From Elusimicrobiota bacterium (GTDB lineage: Bacteria; Elusimicrobiota; Elusimicrobia; UBA1565; UBA9628): DNA of 14,513 nt. The notes below the pieces were generated by a model. It was not told the origin of the DNA and did not search any database. It saw only the letters and a list, made by a program, of their open reading frames with translations. The stretch is from positions 1 through 14,513 of the forward strand of contig DAHVNA010000043.1 of NCBI GenBank assembly GCA_027319565.1, written 5' to 3'. This document shows positions 1-8,257 of this stretch, one piece after another (position 1 is the stretch's first letter; each line of letters opens with the position of its first letter). Position numbers and translations under genes: made by a program.

Positions 1-843
1 TTTACCCTTTATTTTTTTTCGCTCGACCAAATAGCGAATGACCAGCGGAAATATCTGGCACGGAGTCAAATACTTTCCTTTATCGTCAACAAGAGCGAAG
101 CGGTCCGCGTCTCCATCAACGGCAATTCCCAAAGCGGCCTTTTCCGAAACAACCCGCGCCGACAATTCTTTTAAATTGGCTTCCACCGGTTCCGGGGCGT
201 GTCCGCCAAAGAGAGGATCGCGTTCGGACCTGAGAGAAATAATTTTGTTCCCGGGCAAAACTTCTTCCAAAAGTCCTCCCGCCGCGCCATGCATATAATC
301 GATGACGATGGACTTTTTTATTTTCTTGATTTTGGCGATATCCACGCGGGATTTTAAATAAGACAAATAATCTTTTTTAAACGAACGCTCCTCGAAATCG
401 CTTCCATGGGCGGGAGAATCCTTGTCGATATACTCTTCGACCGAGTGCGTGATGATTTCCATGGCGCCGCGGCCGTCATGCTTGATTTTAATTCCATTGT
501 AGGTGGGCGGGTTATGGCTAGCGGTAACCACGAGTCCCCAAGACTTGAGCTTGTGGGTCAGAAAGCTGACGGCCGGAGTCGTCAAGGTTTCAGATGCAAG
601 AATGGTCTTAATTTTATTTCCGGCAAAGACTTTTGCCGCTTCTTTGGCGAAAACCTCGGACTGAAAACGCCGATCATATCCAATCACGATCGGCGGAATG
701 GATTTTTTTTCTTTAAGGGCTTCTTCCCTGATATATTGCGCCATCGCCTGGGAGACGCGGCGGACATTGTGAAAGGTAAATTCTCTCGCGATCATCCCGC
801 GCCAGCCGTCGGTTCCAAATTTGATTTCGAAAACTTTTTCCAT
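1..843 (-). CDS. Phosphoglucomutase/phosphomannomutase family (alpha-D-phosphohexomutase); 3' end runs off the window
   Basis: Not in the ORF track; translated by hand from ATG at 843: MEKVFEIKFGTDGWRGMIAREFTF. Contains the phosphoserine motif VVTASHNPP and the metal-binding loop DGDADR. AGGAG ribosome-binding site lies just upstream. Confidence 0.95.
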   Translation of the reverse strand, partial: MEKVFEIKFGTDGWRGMIAREFTFHNVRRVSQAMAQYIREEALKEKKSIPPIVIGYDRRFQSEVFAKEAAKVFAGNKIKTILASETLTTPAVSFLTHKLKSWGLVVTASHNPPTYNGIKIKHDGRGAMEIITHSVEEYIDKDSPAHGSDFEERSFKKDYLSYLKSRVDIAKIKKIKKSIVIDYMHGAAGGLLEEVLPGNKIISLRSERDPLFGGHAPEPVEANLKELSARVVSEKAALGIAVDGDADRFALVDDKGKYLTPCQIFPLVIRYLVERKKIKGK

Positions 844-866
844 GTTTTTCTCCTATCAGCCTTTCT

Positions 867-892
867 CATTCTACAAAAATTCTTGTAAAATG
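867..892. promoter_or_regulatory. 26-bp imperfect palindrome holding back-to-back -10-like hexamers; candidate divergent promoter or operator
   Basis: CATTCTACAAAAATTCTTGTAAAATG, 11 of 13 arm positions pair. TAAAAT at 886-891 on + and TAGAAT at 873-868 on -, within the 50-bp gap between divergent genes. Confidence 0.55.
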
Positions 893-893
893 T

Positions 894-3086
894 ATGCCCA
901 TGCCCAATCCTATCCAAAACCTCGAGGAAGATTTAGCCGTTCTCAAGCGAGCGCGCAATAAAAGACTCCTGATGCTTAGCTTGAGTCTAGTGGGCCTTTT
1001 CGCCTTTATTTTTTGGGAAGGGCTTCTTCTTAAATCTTTTATCCGGCAAGACCAGTTGCCGCCCTCTTGGGATCAGGCCGATCATATGGACATCGCCTGG
1101 GATTATTGGCAGGCGCTTCGCGGTGGAAAGTGGGATTTTAAAACCGTGTTCACTCTCCCTCCTAAAAGCGGAATGCCGCCCTTTCCGCCTCTTTATCATC
1201 TCAGTTTAATTGCCGCTTATTCCAGCGCGCATCCGGCAACGGCGGCCTTTTGGGTCAATTACGCCTATTTCATTGTTCTCTGTTTGTCGGTTTTTGCCTG
1301 TTCTTATTTTTTTCGCCCCGATTATACCGCGACTTTAGCCGCCGCCTCTTTTTGCGCTTCGCCTGTGATCTGGCAAATGACCACCACCCAGTTGATGGAT
1401 ATGCCGACCGCCGCCATTGCCGCCGCGGCCTTATGGGGTTTCTTGATTTCAGATGGTTTTTCCCAATGGGCCGGCAGTCTTCTCTTCGGTTTTCTTTTCG
1501 CCGCGGGGATGATGATGAAATGGAGCTTTTTTTCCTATTTTATCCCCATTTTAGTCGTGGCGGCGGGAAACCTCAAATTTCCGCATAAGCGCTGGAAAAT
1601 TATCGCTTCGGCGGCCTTCTCGTCTTTGTTATTTCTTCCTTGGTATCTGTATCATCTGCCGACCTTGATTCCGCGACTCTCCCAGGCTTCCTCGGACATG
1701 GCGGTTCCCCTTTGGAATGGCGGAGTCATCTCCTACTTGTTTAGCATGCTTGACGGTTTAGGACCTTTTGTCTGGGCCGTGGGACTGGCGGGAATATTAA
1801 CGGCGCAATATAAGCGTCACCGGGATTGGGGATGGGTGATTTTGGCGACCGTGGTATCCTCTTACGTTTTTTGGACACTAGTCCCCAACAAGCAATTAAG
1901 ATTCCTGTTGCCGGGTCTTCCGGGTTTGGCGATTGCGGCGGCATCGGCCTGGCCTAATGTGGTTTTGTGGTTTGTGGCGGGATTTCAGATTTTGACCGTC
2001 GCCAATCTTAACACGCATTGGATTTCCGCTTTTGATATTCCAACGCCCCTTCACGCAATACCGCTCTTTCCCGCTAATCCGCCGCTCGATCAAAATTGGC
2101 CTATTCAAAGCATTCTTGAGACCGCCGAAAAACTTTCCGATCCCGCGCTTCCTTTAAATACGATGACACTCGTCGCCAATGATGTCTATTTTAACGGTCC
2201 GAATTTCGGCTGGATGCGCGATTATCTCGGCCTTAAAAAAGTTTTTCCGATTCCTCCGCACAAAAGATTGTGCGAGTTTTCGGAATTTCTTCTGTTAAAA
2301 ACGGATTCATTGGGGCCCTCGGGGGTCATTGGCGGCCTTAAAGAAGCTCGCGATACGGCTCTCGATCCCGACGGCTGGTTTTTATCGGCTTATCAACAAG
2401 CCGCCCAGTGGAGATTACCGGACCAGAGTCTCGCGATCTTGTTTCAGCAAAAGCGCTTTAAAACTGCGCCGTTTAAGGAAAAGAAAATTTATTTTCAGTT
2501 CTATTCAATGAAAAACGTCGAGGCGGAAAATTTGACTTTGAATCTGGGCGCCTGGGACCCCAAGAGCGCCTCTTATCCCGAAGCGGAGTTGAGCGCCTCT
2601 GTCATTTATCTCCGCGGGCTTGCCGTCTCTAATTTGCGTCTAAAAATGAAAAACCTGTCCCTCGTTCCCGTTTTTAACCAGCAGAAGAAATGGGATGGAG
2701 ACATCCGGTTTTTGAAAATGAAGGAGTTGGATTTGTTTTCGGCCAATGTTTCTTCCTCCGACTTGGTCGCTTTTGCCGCAAAACGCGCGCCGGGTTTAAT
2801 CATCAGGAATTTATCCATTGACAAAGATTTAAGACTAGACGCTCAATGGGAAAAAATCCCTTTAAAACTGAAGCTTAGCGCGCAAATTCTGCCCAACCCG
2901 GACAAAGACGGATCTTCTTTAAGGCTTTCTGTCGAGAGTTTGCATCTGGGGCCGGTTCCTATTCCTCATTTTTTGCTCAGTTGGTGGGCCCATCAGGATA
3001 TCCCGTTTTATCCTAATTCCGATACCCCCTTTAAAATCGTTCCCGCCGGTTTGACCTTGGCCAACGGCTCGGTTGATATTCCGTAA
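894..3086 (+). CDS. GT-C fold membrane glycosyltransferase (ArnT/PMT-like) with periplasmic region and C-terminal LmeA/DUF2993-like domain
   Basis: 730 aa. First TM is followed by the acidic loop PPSWDQADH, then PPLYH, ..MDMP.., GMMMKWS and NKQLRFLLP motifs with many hydrophobic helices in the first ~375 aa; soluble beta-rich C-terminus. Start may be ATG 894 or 900. Confidence 0.8.
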   Translation: MPMPNPIQNLEEDLAVLKRARNKRLLMLSLSLVGLFAFIFWEGLLLKSFIRQDQLPPSWDQADHMDIAWDYWQALRGGKWDFKTVFTLPPKSGMPPFPPLYHLSLIAAYSSAHPATAAFWVNYAYFIVLCLSVFACSYFFRPDYTATLAAASFCASPVIWQMTTTQLMDMPTAAIAAAALWGFLISDGFSQWAGSLLFGFLFAAGMMMKWSFFSYFIPILVVAAGNLKFPHKRWKIIASAAFSSLLFLPWYLYHLPTLIPRLSQASSDMAVPLWNGGVISYLFSMLDGLGPFVWAVGLAGILTAQYKRHRDWGWVILATVVSSYVFWTLVPNKQLRFLLPGLPGLAIAAASAWPNVVLWFVAGFQILTVANLNTHWISAFDIPTPLHAIPLFPANPPLDQNWPIQSILETAEKLSDPALPLNTMTLVANDVYFNGPNFGWMRDYLGLKKVFPIPPHKRLCEFSEFLLLKTDSLGPSGVIGGLKEARDTALDPDGWFLSAYQQAAQWRLPDQSLAILFQQKRFKTAPFKEKKIYFQFYSMKNVEAENLTLNLGAWDPKSASYPEAELSASVIYLRGLAVSNLRLKMKNLSLVPVFNQQKKWDGDIRFLKMKELDLFSANVSSSDLVAFAAKRAPGLIIRNLSIDKDLRLDAQWEKIPLKLKLSAQILPNPDKDGSSLRLSVESLHLGPVPIPHFLLSWWAHQDIPFYPNSDTPFKIVPAGLTLANGSVDIP

Positions 3087-3133
3087 TTTCCCCCCTTGTT
3101 TTTTTTGAAAGGATATGGCATCCTGTTACTACT

Positions 3134-3841
3134 ATGGCAGACAATCAAGTTGGCAAGAGAGTCAGAGTTCTTATCGCGGACGATCAAACCCTCTTTAGAG
3201 AAGGAATCGAGGATGTTTTAGCCAACGACAAGACCCTCCAAGTCGTGGGGACGGCTTCTGACGGACACGAGGCGGTGCGTCTGGCTAAAAAACTGAACCC
3301 CGATATCATCTTGATGGATATCAAACTCCCGCTTTTAGATGGAATCGCCGCGACCCGCGAAGTGAGAAAGGCTTGCCCTCAGGCCTTGGTCATGATGCTT
3401 TCCAGTTATGAGGACCAAGAGCATGTCTTAGAGGCGGTTCAGGCCGGGGCGAATGGATATTTATCGAAGATGCTTCCGGCTTCGGAGCTTTTATCGGCTC
3501 TTAGAAATTTCTCCAAAGACGGGGTGTTTATTCCCGCGCCCATTGTCAAAATCGTCCTTCAAGGCCTTCGCCAACTCTCCGAAGGGCTTAAGCGGCCGTC
3601 TTCGGCGGCCTTGACGCAGTCGGAAATCAAGGCGCTCCTTTACCTAAGCCAGGGGCTTTCCAATAAAGAGATGGCCGCCAACATGGGCTGCGCGGTCAAG
3701 ACCATCAAGAATCATTTAAACAACATGTTTCAGAAATTACGCGTGACCAACCGCACGGAAGCCGTCGTCAAGGGAATTGAGCTAGGCCTCTTGGCTCCGG
3801 CGCCGGCCCAGGCTCCGCCCAATACTCCGGCTTCTCGATAA
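3134..3841 (+). CDS. NarL/FixJ (LuxR-HTH) family response regulator
   Basis: Receiver motifs VLIADD, DIILMDIKLP, LSS and GANGYLSK; C-terminal LuxR HTH LTQSE..GLSNKEMA..TIKNHLNNMFQKLRVTNRTEAV. Confidence 0.95.
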   Translation: MADNQVGKRVRVLIADDQTLFREGIEDVLANDKTLQVVGTASDGHEAVRLAKKLNPDIILMDIKLPLLDGIAATREVRKACPQALVMMLSSYEDQEHVLEAVQAGANGYLSKMLPASELLSALRNFSKDGVFIPAPIVKIVLQGLRQLSEGLKRPSSAALTQSEIKALLYLSQGLSNKEMAANMGCAVKTIKNHLNNMFQKLRVTNRTEAVVKGIELGLLAPAPAQAPPNTPASR

Positions 3842-3850
3842 GCGGTTTTC

Positions 3851-4984
3851 ATGCGCATAGCCATTGAAGAATCTCTTCACGGCTGGGGCGGAGGCGGGGT
3901 CAGCGCCTATATCAGAAATCTGACGCGAGAGCTGCTTACTTTAGATTTAGAAAACGACTACGCCCTATTTAGTTATTTTTTTCGCTCTTACTCAAAGAAA
4001 AAAAATCTCTTACCTCAAATAGATCATCCGCGCTTTCAGAGATTTGTCCCGCGCTTTCCCGAGTCTTTAATCCATAGATTAGAGTGGGACTTAAATCTTC
4101 CCGTGATTGAAAGTTATCTTTCCTTTCGCCATGTCGATGTCTATCATGCCCACCGTATTCCCTGCCGTCATTGGCTTAAAACGGTGACGACTATTTATGA
4201 TCTTTTCCCCATAGTCCATCCCGAATGGGGAAGCCCTTATCTAAAAGATTTGTATCAAAAAATCATTTTCCCCGGCCTTCAGCGCGTGGATCGCATAATT
4301 TCGATATCGGAATATACCAAACAAGACATGGTCCGCTATTGGAATATCGCTCCTGAAAGAATCGAAGTGATCCATTTGGGGGTCGACCGTGAAGCGTTTA
4401 AGCCTCTGGATTCTCAATTGCTGCTTCAAGCGCGGCTTCATTATCAGTTGCCGGAGCGCTTTTTTCTGATGATTGGTCCCTTTGATCCTTGGAGCGATCC
4501 CAGGGCTTCGATTAAGGCCTTTGCCCAGCTCCCGAAAACTTTTTCGGATATCGATCTTGTTTTGATTGGCCATCGCGGGAGCTTAGGAAATGAAGCCTTC
4601 TCTCTCGCCGAAAATCTGAAGGTTTCAAACAGGGTTCGCTATTTAGGGTATGTGCCTTTTCAAGATTTAATCGCGCTTTACAATTTATCTCTTTGTCTTA
4701 TTTATCCATCGCTGTATGAGGGTTTTGGTCTTCCGATTCTTGAGGCCATGGCCTGCGGAGTTCCGGTCATCACTTCAGATAAGACCGCTATTCCCGAAGT
4801 TTGCGGAGACGCGGCAGTTCAATTAGACCCCGCTAATGAAGAAGAAATCCTCGCCGCTTTAATTCAAATGGCTGATAATGAGTCTTTGCGATCTTCTCTG
4901 AGAGAAAAAGGCTTGTCGCGGGCAAAATCTTTCACTTGGGCGGAAACAGCCAGAAAAACTCTTAACATTTACCGCTCCTTATGA
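3851..4984 (+). CDS. GT4 (GT-B) glycosyltransferase, MtfB/WbpX-like
   Basis: GGVSAY near the N-terminus, TIYDL, ISISEYTKQD, and the EX7E signature YPSLYEGFGLPILEAMACGVPV. Confidence 0.92.
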   Translation: MRIAIEESLHGWGGGGVSAYIRNLTRELLTLDLENDYALFSYFFRSYSKKKNLLPQIDHPRFQRFVPRFPESLIHRLEWDLNLPVIESYLSFRHVDVYHAHRIPCRHWLKTVTTIYDLFPIVHPEWGSPYLKDLYQKIIFPGLQRVDRIISISEYTKQDMVRYWNIAPERIEVIHLGVDREAFKPLDSQLLLQARLHYQLPERFFLMIGPFDPWSDPRASIKAFAQLPKTFSDIDLVLIGHRGSLGNEAFSLAENLKVSNRVRYLGYVPFQDLIALYNLSLCLIYPSLYEGFGLPILEAMACGVPVITSDKTAIPEVCGDAAVQLDPANEEEILAALIQMADNESLRSSLREKGLSRAKSFTWAETARKTLNIYRSL

Positions 4985-6246
4985 TAAACTTTCTCCAGCC
5001 CATGCGAAATTTTTTGAAACCGGGGATTTTCCTCATCCTGGTCTTGGCTTTTGTTATTCGGTTGGGATATTTTTTTGCGGGTTCAGGCCAAAGCATCACC
5101 GATAGAGCCCCCTGGGAATACCAAAAACTCGCGGTTCATCTTCTCAAAGACGGGGTTTATAGTTATGACGGAAAAACTCCTTCGGCGTTTCGCCTGCCTC
5201 TTTATCCATTCTTTTTAGACGCCATCTATCGGACTACGGGAGATGCGAGTTATAAAGCCACTGCACAGATATTTCTAGTTCAAATTTTAATTAATTGTCT
5301 ATCTGTTTTTTTCTTGTATCAAATTGCGCTTTCTTTTTTTTCGTCTTCTACCGCTTTTTGGGCGTCTCTTTTGTTTGCCTTAAACCCAACCCAGATTGGA
5401 CTGATATTTACAGTGGGGCCTGAAACCCTCCAGACTCTTCAATGCGTGCTGATTGCCTGGGCCGCTCTTTGGACTTTAAAGGGTCCAACTTCTATAGGGC
5501 GCTGGTCGATTTTAGGGCTTGCGATCGGGTTGAGCCTTTTGGCCAAGTCTACCTTTCTTGTCTTGCCGATTTTTCTTGTTTTATTTTTTCATTTCATTTT
5601 AAAAATTCGCGTCCCCTATAAAGGGATGCTAGTGTTATTTTTGTGCTCTTATCTTCCGCTCCTGCCTTGGATTATTAGAAATGAACGCCAGTTGGGGCGC
5701 GTCGTCGTCTTTGAAGATGGTATGGGCTGGCATGCCCTTTATCAAGGAACTAACGGGGTTCGCGGCGTTCCCGACCTGGATTTGCCAGAACCTCTTAAAA
5801 CCTATTTTTTCACGAAGGACCCGCGCATTGGTCCCGTGTCTAAAGAGATGGCCATTGAGCAGATCAATGGGCATCCATGGCGTTATGCGAAGTTTTGTAT
5901 TGAGCGTTTTAATTATATTTGGTTTCACGGCGATTGGGCGGAACACGCTTTGCGTTTAAAAGACAGTTTTTATGATTATGTTTCTCATGGCGCTTGGTTT
6001 GCCGCCATTGGAAGAGCCTTCGCTAAAATTTTAGAACTTGTTTTTATGGCGGCGGCTTTATGGGGAATTTACGCCGGCTGGATATTTCCGGAAGCGGAGA
6101 TTCTCTTTGCCATCGTTTTCTACATGAATATTCACCTCTTGACCCAAGGCGAACCCCGCTATACCGCTCCAGTCATTCCCTGCTTATGCATTCTAGCGTC
6201 ATTGGGATTTAAAGATATCTTTTCGCGAATTAAAAAAACATCATGA
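4981..6246 (+). CDS. GT-C fold membrane glycosyltransferase (ArnT/PMT-like)
   Basis: Multi-TM 421 aa with SAFRLPLYPFFL, ALNP, GLSLLAKS, PWIIRN and late PRYTAP motifs; ATGA overlap with the upstream gene. Confidence 0.8.
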   Translation: MINFLQPMRNFLKPGIFLILVLAFVIRLGYFFAGSGQSITDRAPWEYQKLAVHLLKDGVYSYDGKTPSAFRLPLYPFFLDAIYRTTGDASYKATAQIFLVQILINCLSVFFLYQIALSFFSSSTAFWASLLFALNPTQIGLIFTVGPETLQTLQCVLIAWAALWTLKGPTSIGRWSILGLAIGLSLLAKSTFLVLPIFLVLFFHFILKIRVPYKGMLVLFLCSYLPLLPWIIRNERQLGRVVVFEDGMGWHALYQGTNGVRGVPDLDLPEPLKTYFFTKDPRIGPVSKEMAIEQINGHPWRYAKFCIERFNYIWFHGDWAEHALRLKDSFYDYVSHGAWFAAIGRAFAKILELVFMAAALWGIYAGWIFPEAEILFAIVFYMNIHLLTQGEPRYTAPVIPCLCILASLGFKDIFSRIKKTS

Positions 6247-7019
6247 AACAGATTCCGGTTTATCGCTACGAAGGAAGCGCTCCGCAGCTTCATTCTTATC
6301 TTGTCTGTATTTTTGTTTATAACGAGGGGACAAAACTTGCCGCGCAACTCTCGCGCTTTCCCGCGCCCGAAAAAAGGAATTTTGACGTCTTTATCGGCGA
6401 TGACGGCTCTTCCGACGGTTCGACCCCTTCTGATTTAACCACGCGGTTTTCCTTGCGCGGAATTATTCGGCTTCAAAAAAACGAGGGCCTTAGCGCTAAC
6501 ATCAAGGCGGGGTTGGATTGGGCGCTCAAACAAAATTATAAAGGCCTGATCATGATTAACGGCAATGACCGCGACGATCCCGAAGCGATTGCCCGATTCA
6601 TCGAAAAACTGGAAGAAGGTTTCGATTATGTCCAAGGTTCCAGATTTTTACCGGGTGGCCGCCATCAAAATACCCCCTCTTATCGTTATTGGGCCATTCG
6701 CTTAGTCCACGCGCCGATTTTTTCGTTAGCTTCTCTTAAGTGGATGACCGACACGACCAATGGCTACCGCGCCTTCTCCACTTCTTTCCTGAAATCTTTG
6801 GGCGATCTTATTTTTCAAGAACGTTTCCAGAAATATGAAATTGAACAGTACCTGGCTTGGAAGGCGATTCGGATGGGTAAAAAAGTATGCGAGATTCCCG
6901 TTTCGAGGCGCTACCCGGAAAATCTCAAGGGCTCTCATTTCACGAAAATATCTCCCGGAATTGGCTGGTATCAGATGCTTAAGCCTCTTTTATGCCTTCT
7001 TTTCAGGCTCTATCCGTAG
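6243..7019 (+). CDS. GT2 glycosyltransferase, polyprenol-phosphate glycosyltransferase (DPM1-like)
   Basis: VYNE, DDGSSDGS, DYVQGSRF and TDTTNGYRAF motifs; ATGA overlap with the upstream gene. Confidence 0.9.
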   Translation: MKQIPVYRYEGSAPQLHSYLVCIFVYNEGTKLAAQLSRFPAPEKRNFDVFIGDDGSSDGSTPSDLTTRFSLRGIIRLQKNEGLSANIKAGLDWALKQNYKGLIMINGNDRDDPEAIARFIEKLEEGFDYVQGSRFLPGGRHQNTPSYRYWAIRLVHAPIFSLASLKWMTDTTNGYRAFSTSFLKSLGDLIFQERFQKYEIEQYLAWKAIRMGKKVCEIPVSRRYPENLKGSHFTKISPGIGWYQMLKPLLCLLFRLYP

Positions 7020-7021
7020 AA

Positions 7022-8257
7022 ATGTCAAAAATAAGGCGCGCCACCCTTTGGATTTTAAATATTCTTCGTTTATCGCTGACTCGAATTTTTTTGGATCCAA
7101 AGCCCCCAGAACTCCCCATCAATGCTAACGATATTGGGCGCATTTTAATCGTCGGCTATTCGGCCATTGGGGATGCCATTTTTCTTCTTCCGATGCTTTC
7201 TTCTCTTAGAAAAGGGTTTCCAAAGGCGCATATCGTTTTTATGGCCAACGATTATCCAACCGCTAAGGAATTAATTCCAAGCGCTGAAATAACCGATGAA
7301 ATATGGATTGAGGAAATCCCCCATACGCGTAAGGAATCTCAAAGACTCAACGCGAGGATTCGCTCCGGTAATTTTAATGCCGTGATCGTCGTGCCTTCCG
7401 CTCCGGTGCGCTTTCTTGATTCTCTTTTGTCTATCCCTATTCGAATTGGACATTGTCGGAAAATTTTCCCCATCCCAAACCTCAAGAATTTCGTTTTTCA
7501 CCTGCGCAGAAGATTTTTGGGACAAGATTTTGAGCGTTTCTTATCGCTTAATTTCAGGATTTGGATTGATGAATCCTCTCCTGAACACGCTATTTTAAGA
7601 GGGCTCAAGATTCTCTCTCCGCTGGGAATTTCGGGGTCTTCGGAAATGACAGTTAGGCTTGAGAGTTTCGCCCACAATTTTCCGCAGGGAAAAAAATATC
7701 CTTCCGGGAGAATTGGGATTCACATTGGATCAGAAAAAAGCCAGTATAACAAAATATGGCCGGCTAAAAATTGGGCGATTCTTTCGCGGATGCTTTATCA
7801 AAAATATGGGGTTAATATTTGCCTTTTGGGCGGTCCGGATGAAAAACCGGAATCCTTAATTTTCGCTGATGCGGCGGATTTCCCATATGAAGACCTGATT
7901 GCCAAGCGAACATTGGCTGAAACTTTTTCCGAAATCTATCGTTGTGATTTATTTTTGGCGTCCGACACTGGATTATCCAAAGCGGCCATGGCCATGAAAA
8001 TTCCAACGGTGACGCTTTATGGACCGACGTCTCCAAGAGAGCTTGGAATATTTTGGCAGCCGGAAAAGCATCTGGAGATTAAGCTTCACTTGCCTTGCAT
8101 GCCTTGCGTGATGGGCGGTATTCGCAAGGAAGGCTTTGGAACGCTCAATTATATGAACTGCGGCGATCACCCTTGCATGGGGCGTTTGTCTCCCGATGAG
8201 ATTTTTTCAACCATTTCCGCCCATTATGATCGGCAATTAGAGGCTAAAAAATGCTGA
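7022..8257 (+). CDS. GT9 glycosyltransferase (ADP-heptose:LPS heptosyltransferase-like)
   Basis: SAIGDAIF, KIWP, LGGPDE, SDTGLSKAAMAMKIPTVTLYGPT and C-terminal CMPC..C...C. ATG 7022, just after the upstream stop, is preferred over 6992. Confidence 0.88.
   Translation: MSKIRRATLWILNILRLSLTRIFLDPKPPELPINANDIGRILIVGYSAIGDAIFLLPMLSSLRKGFPKAHIVFMANDYPTAKELIPSAEITDEIWIEEIPHTRKESQRLNARIRSGNFNAVIVVPSAPVRFLDSLLSIPIRIGHCRKIFPIPNLKNFVFHLRRRFLGQDFERFLSLNFRIWIDESSPEHAILRGLKILSPLGISGSSEMTVRLESFAHNFPQGKKYPSGRIGIHIGSEKSQYNKIWPAKNWAILSRMLYQKYGVNICLLGGPDEKPESLIFADAADFPYEDLIAKRTLAETFSEIYRCDLFLASDTGLSKAAMAMKIPTVTLYGPTSPRELGIFWQPEKHLEIKLHLPCMPCVMGGIRKEGFGTLNYMNCGDHPCMGRLSPDEIFSTISAHYDRQLEAKKC

Noticed and set aside
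38..888. Plus-strand ORFs 38-298 and 406-888
   Set aside because: Antisense shadows of the phosphohexomutase gene, which has clear catalytic motifs on the minus strand.
8095..8177. Four-Cys cluster at the GT9 C-terminus as a novel metal site
   Set aside because: A CxPC..C...C tail is common in GT9 heptosyltransferase-like proteins.
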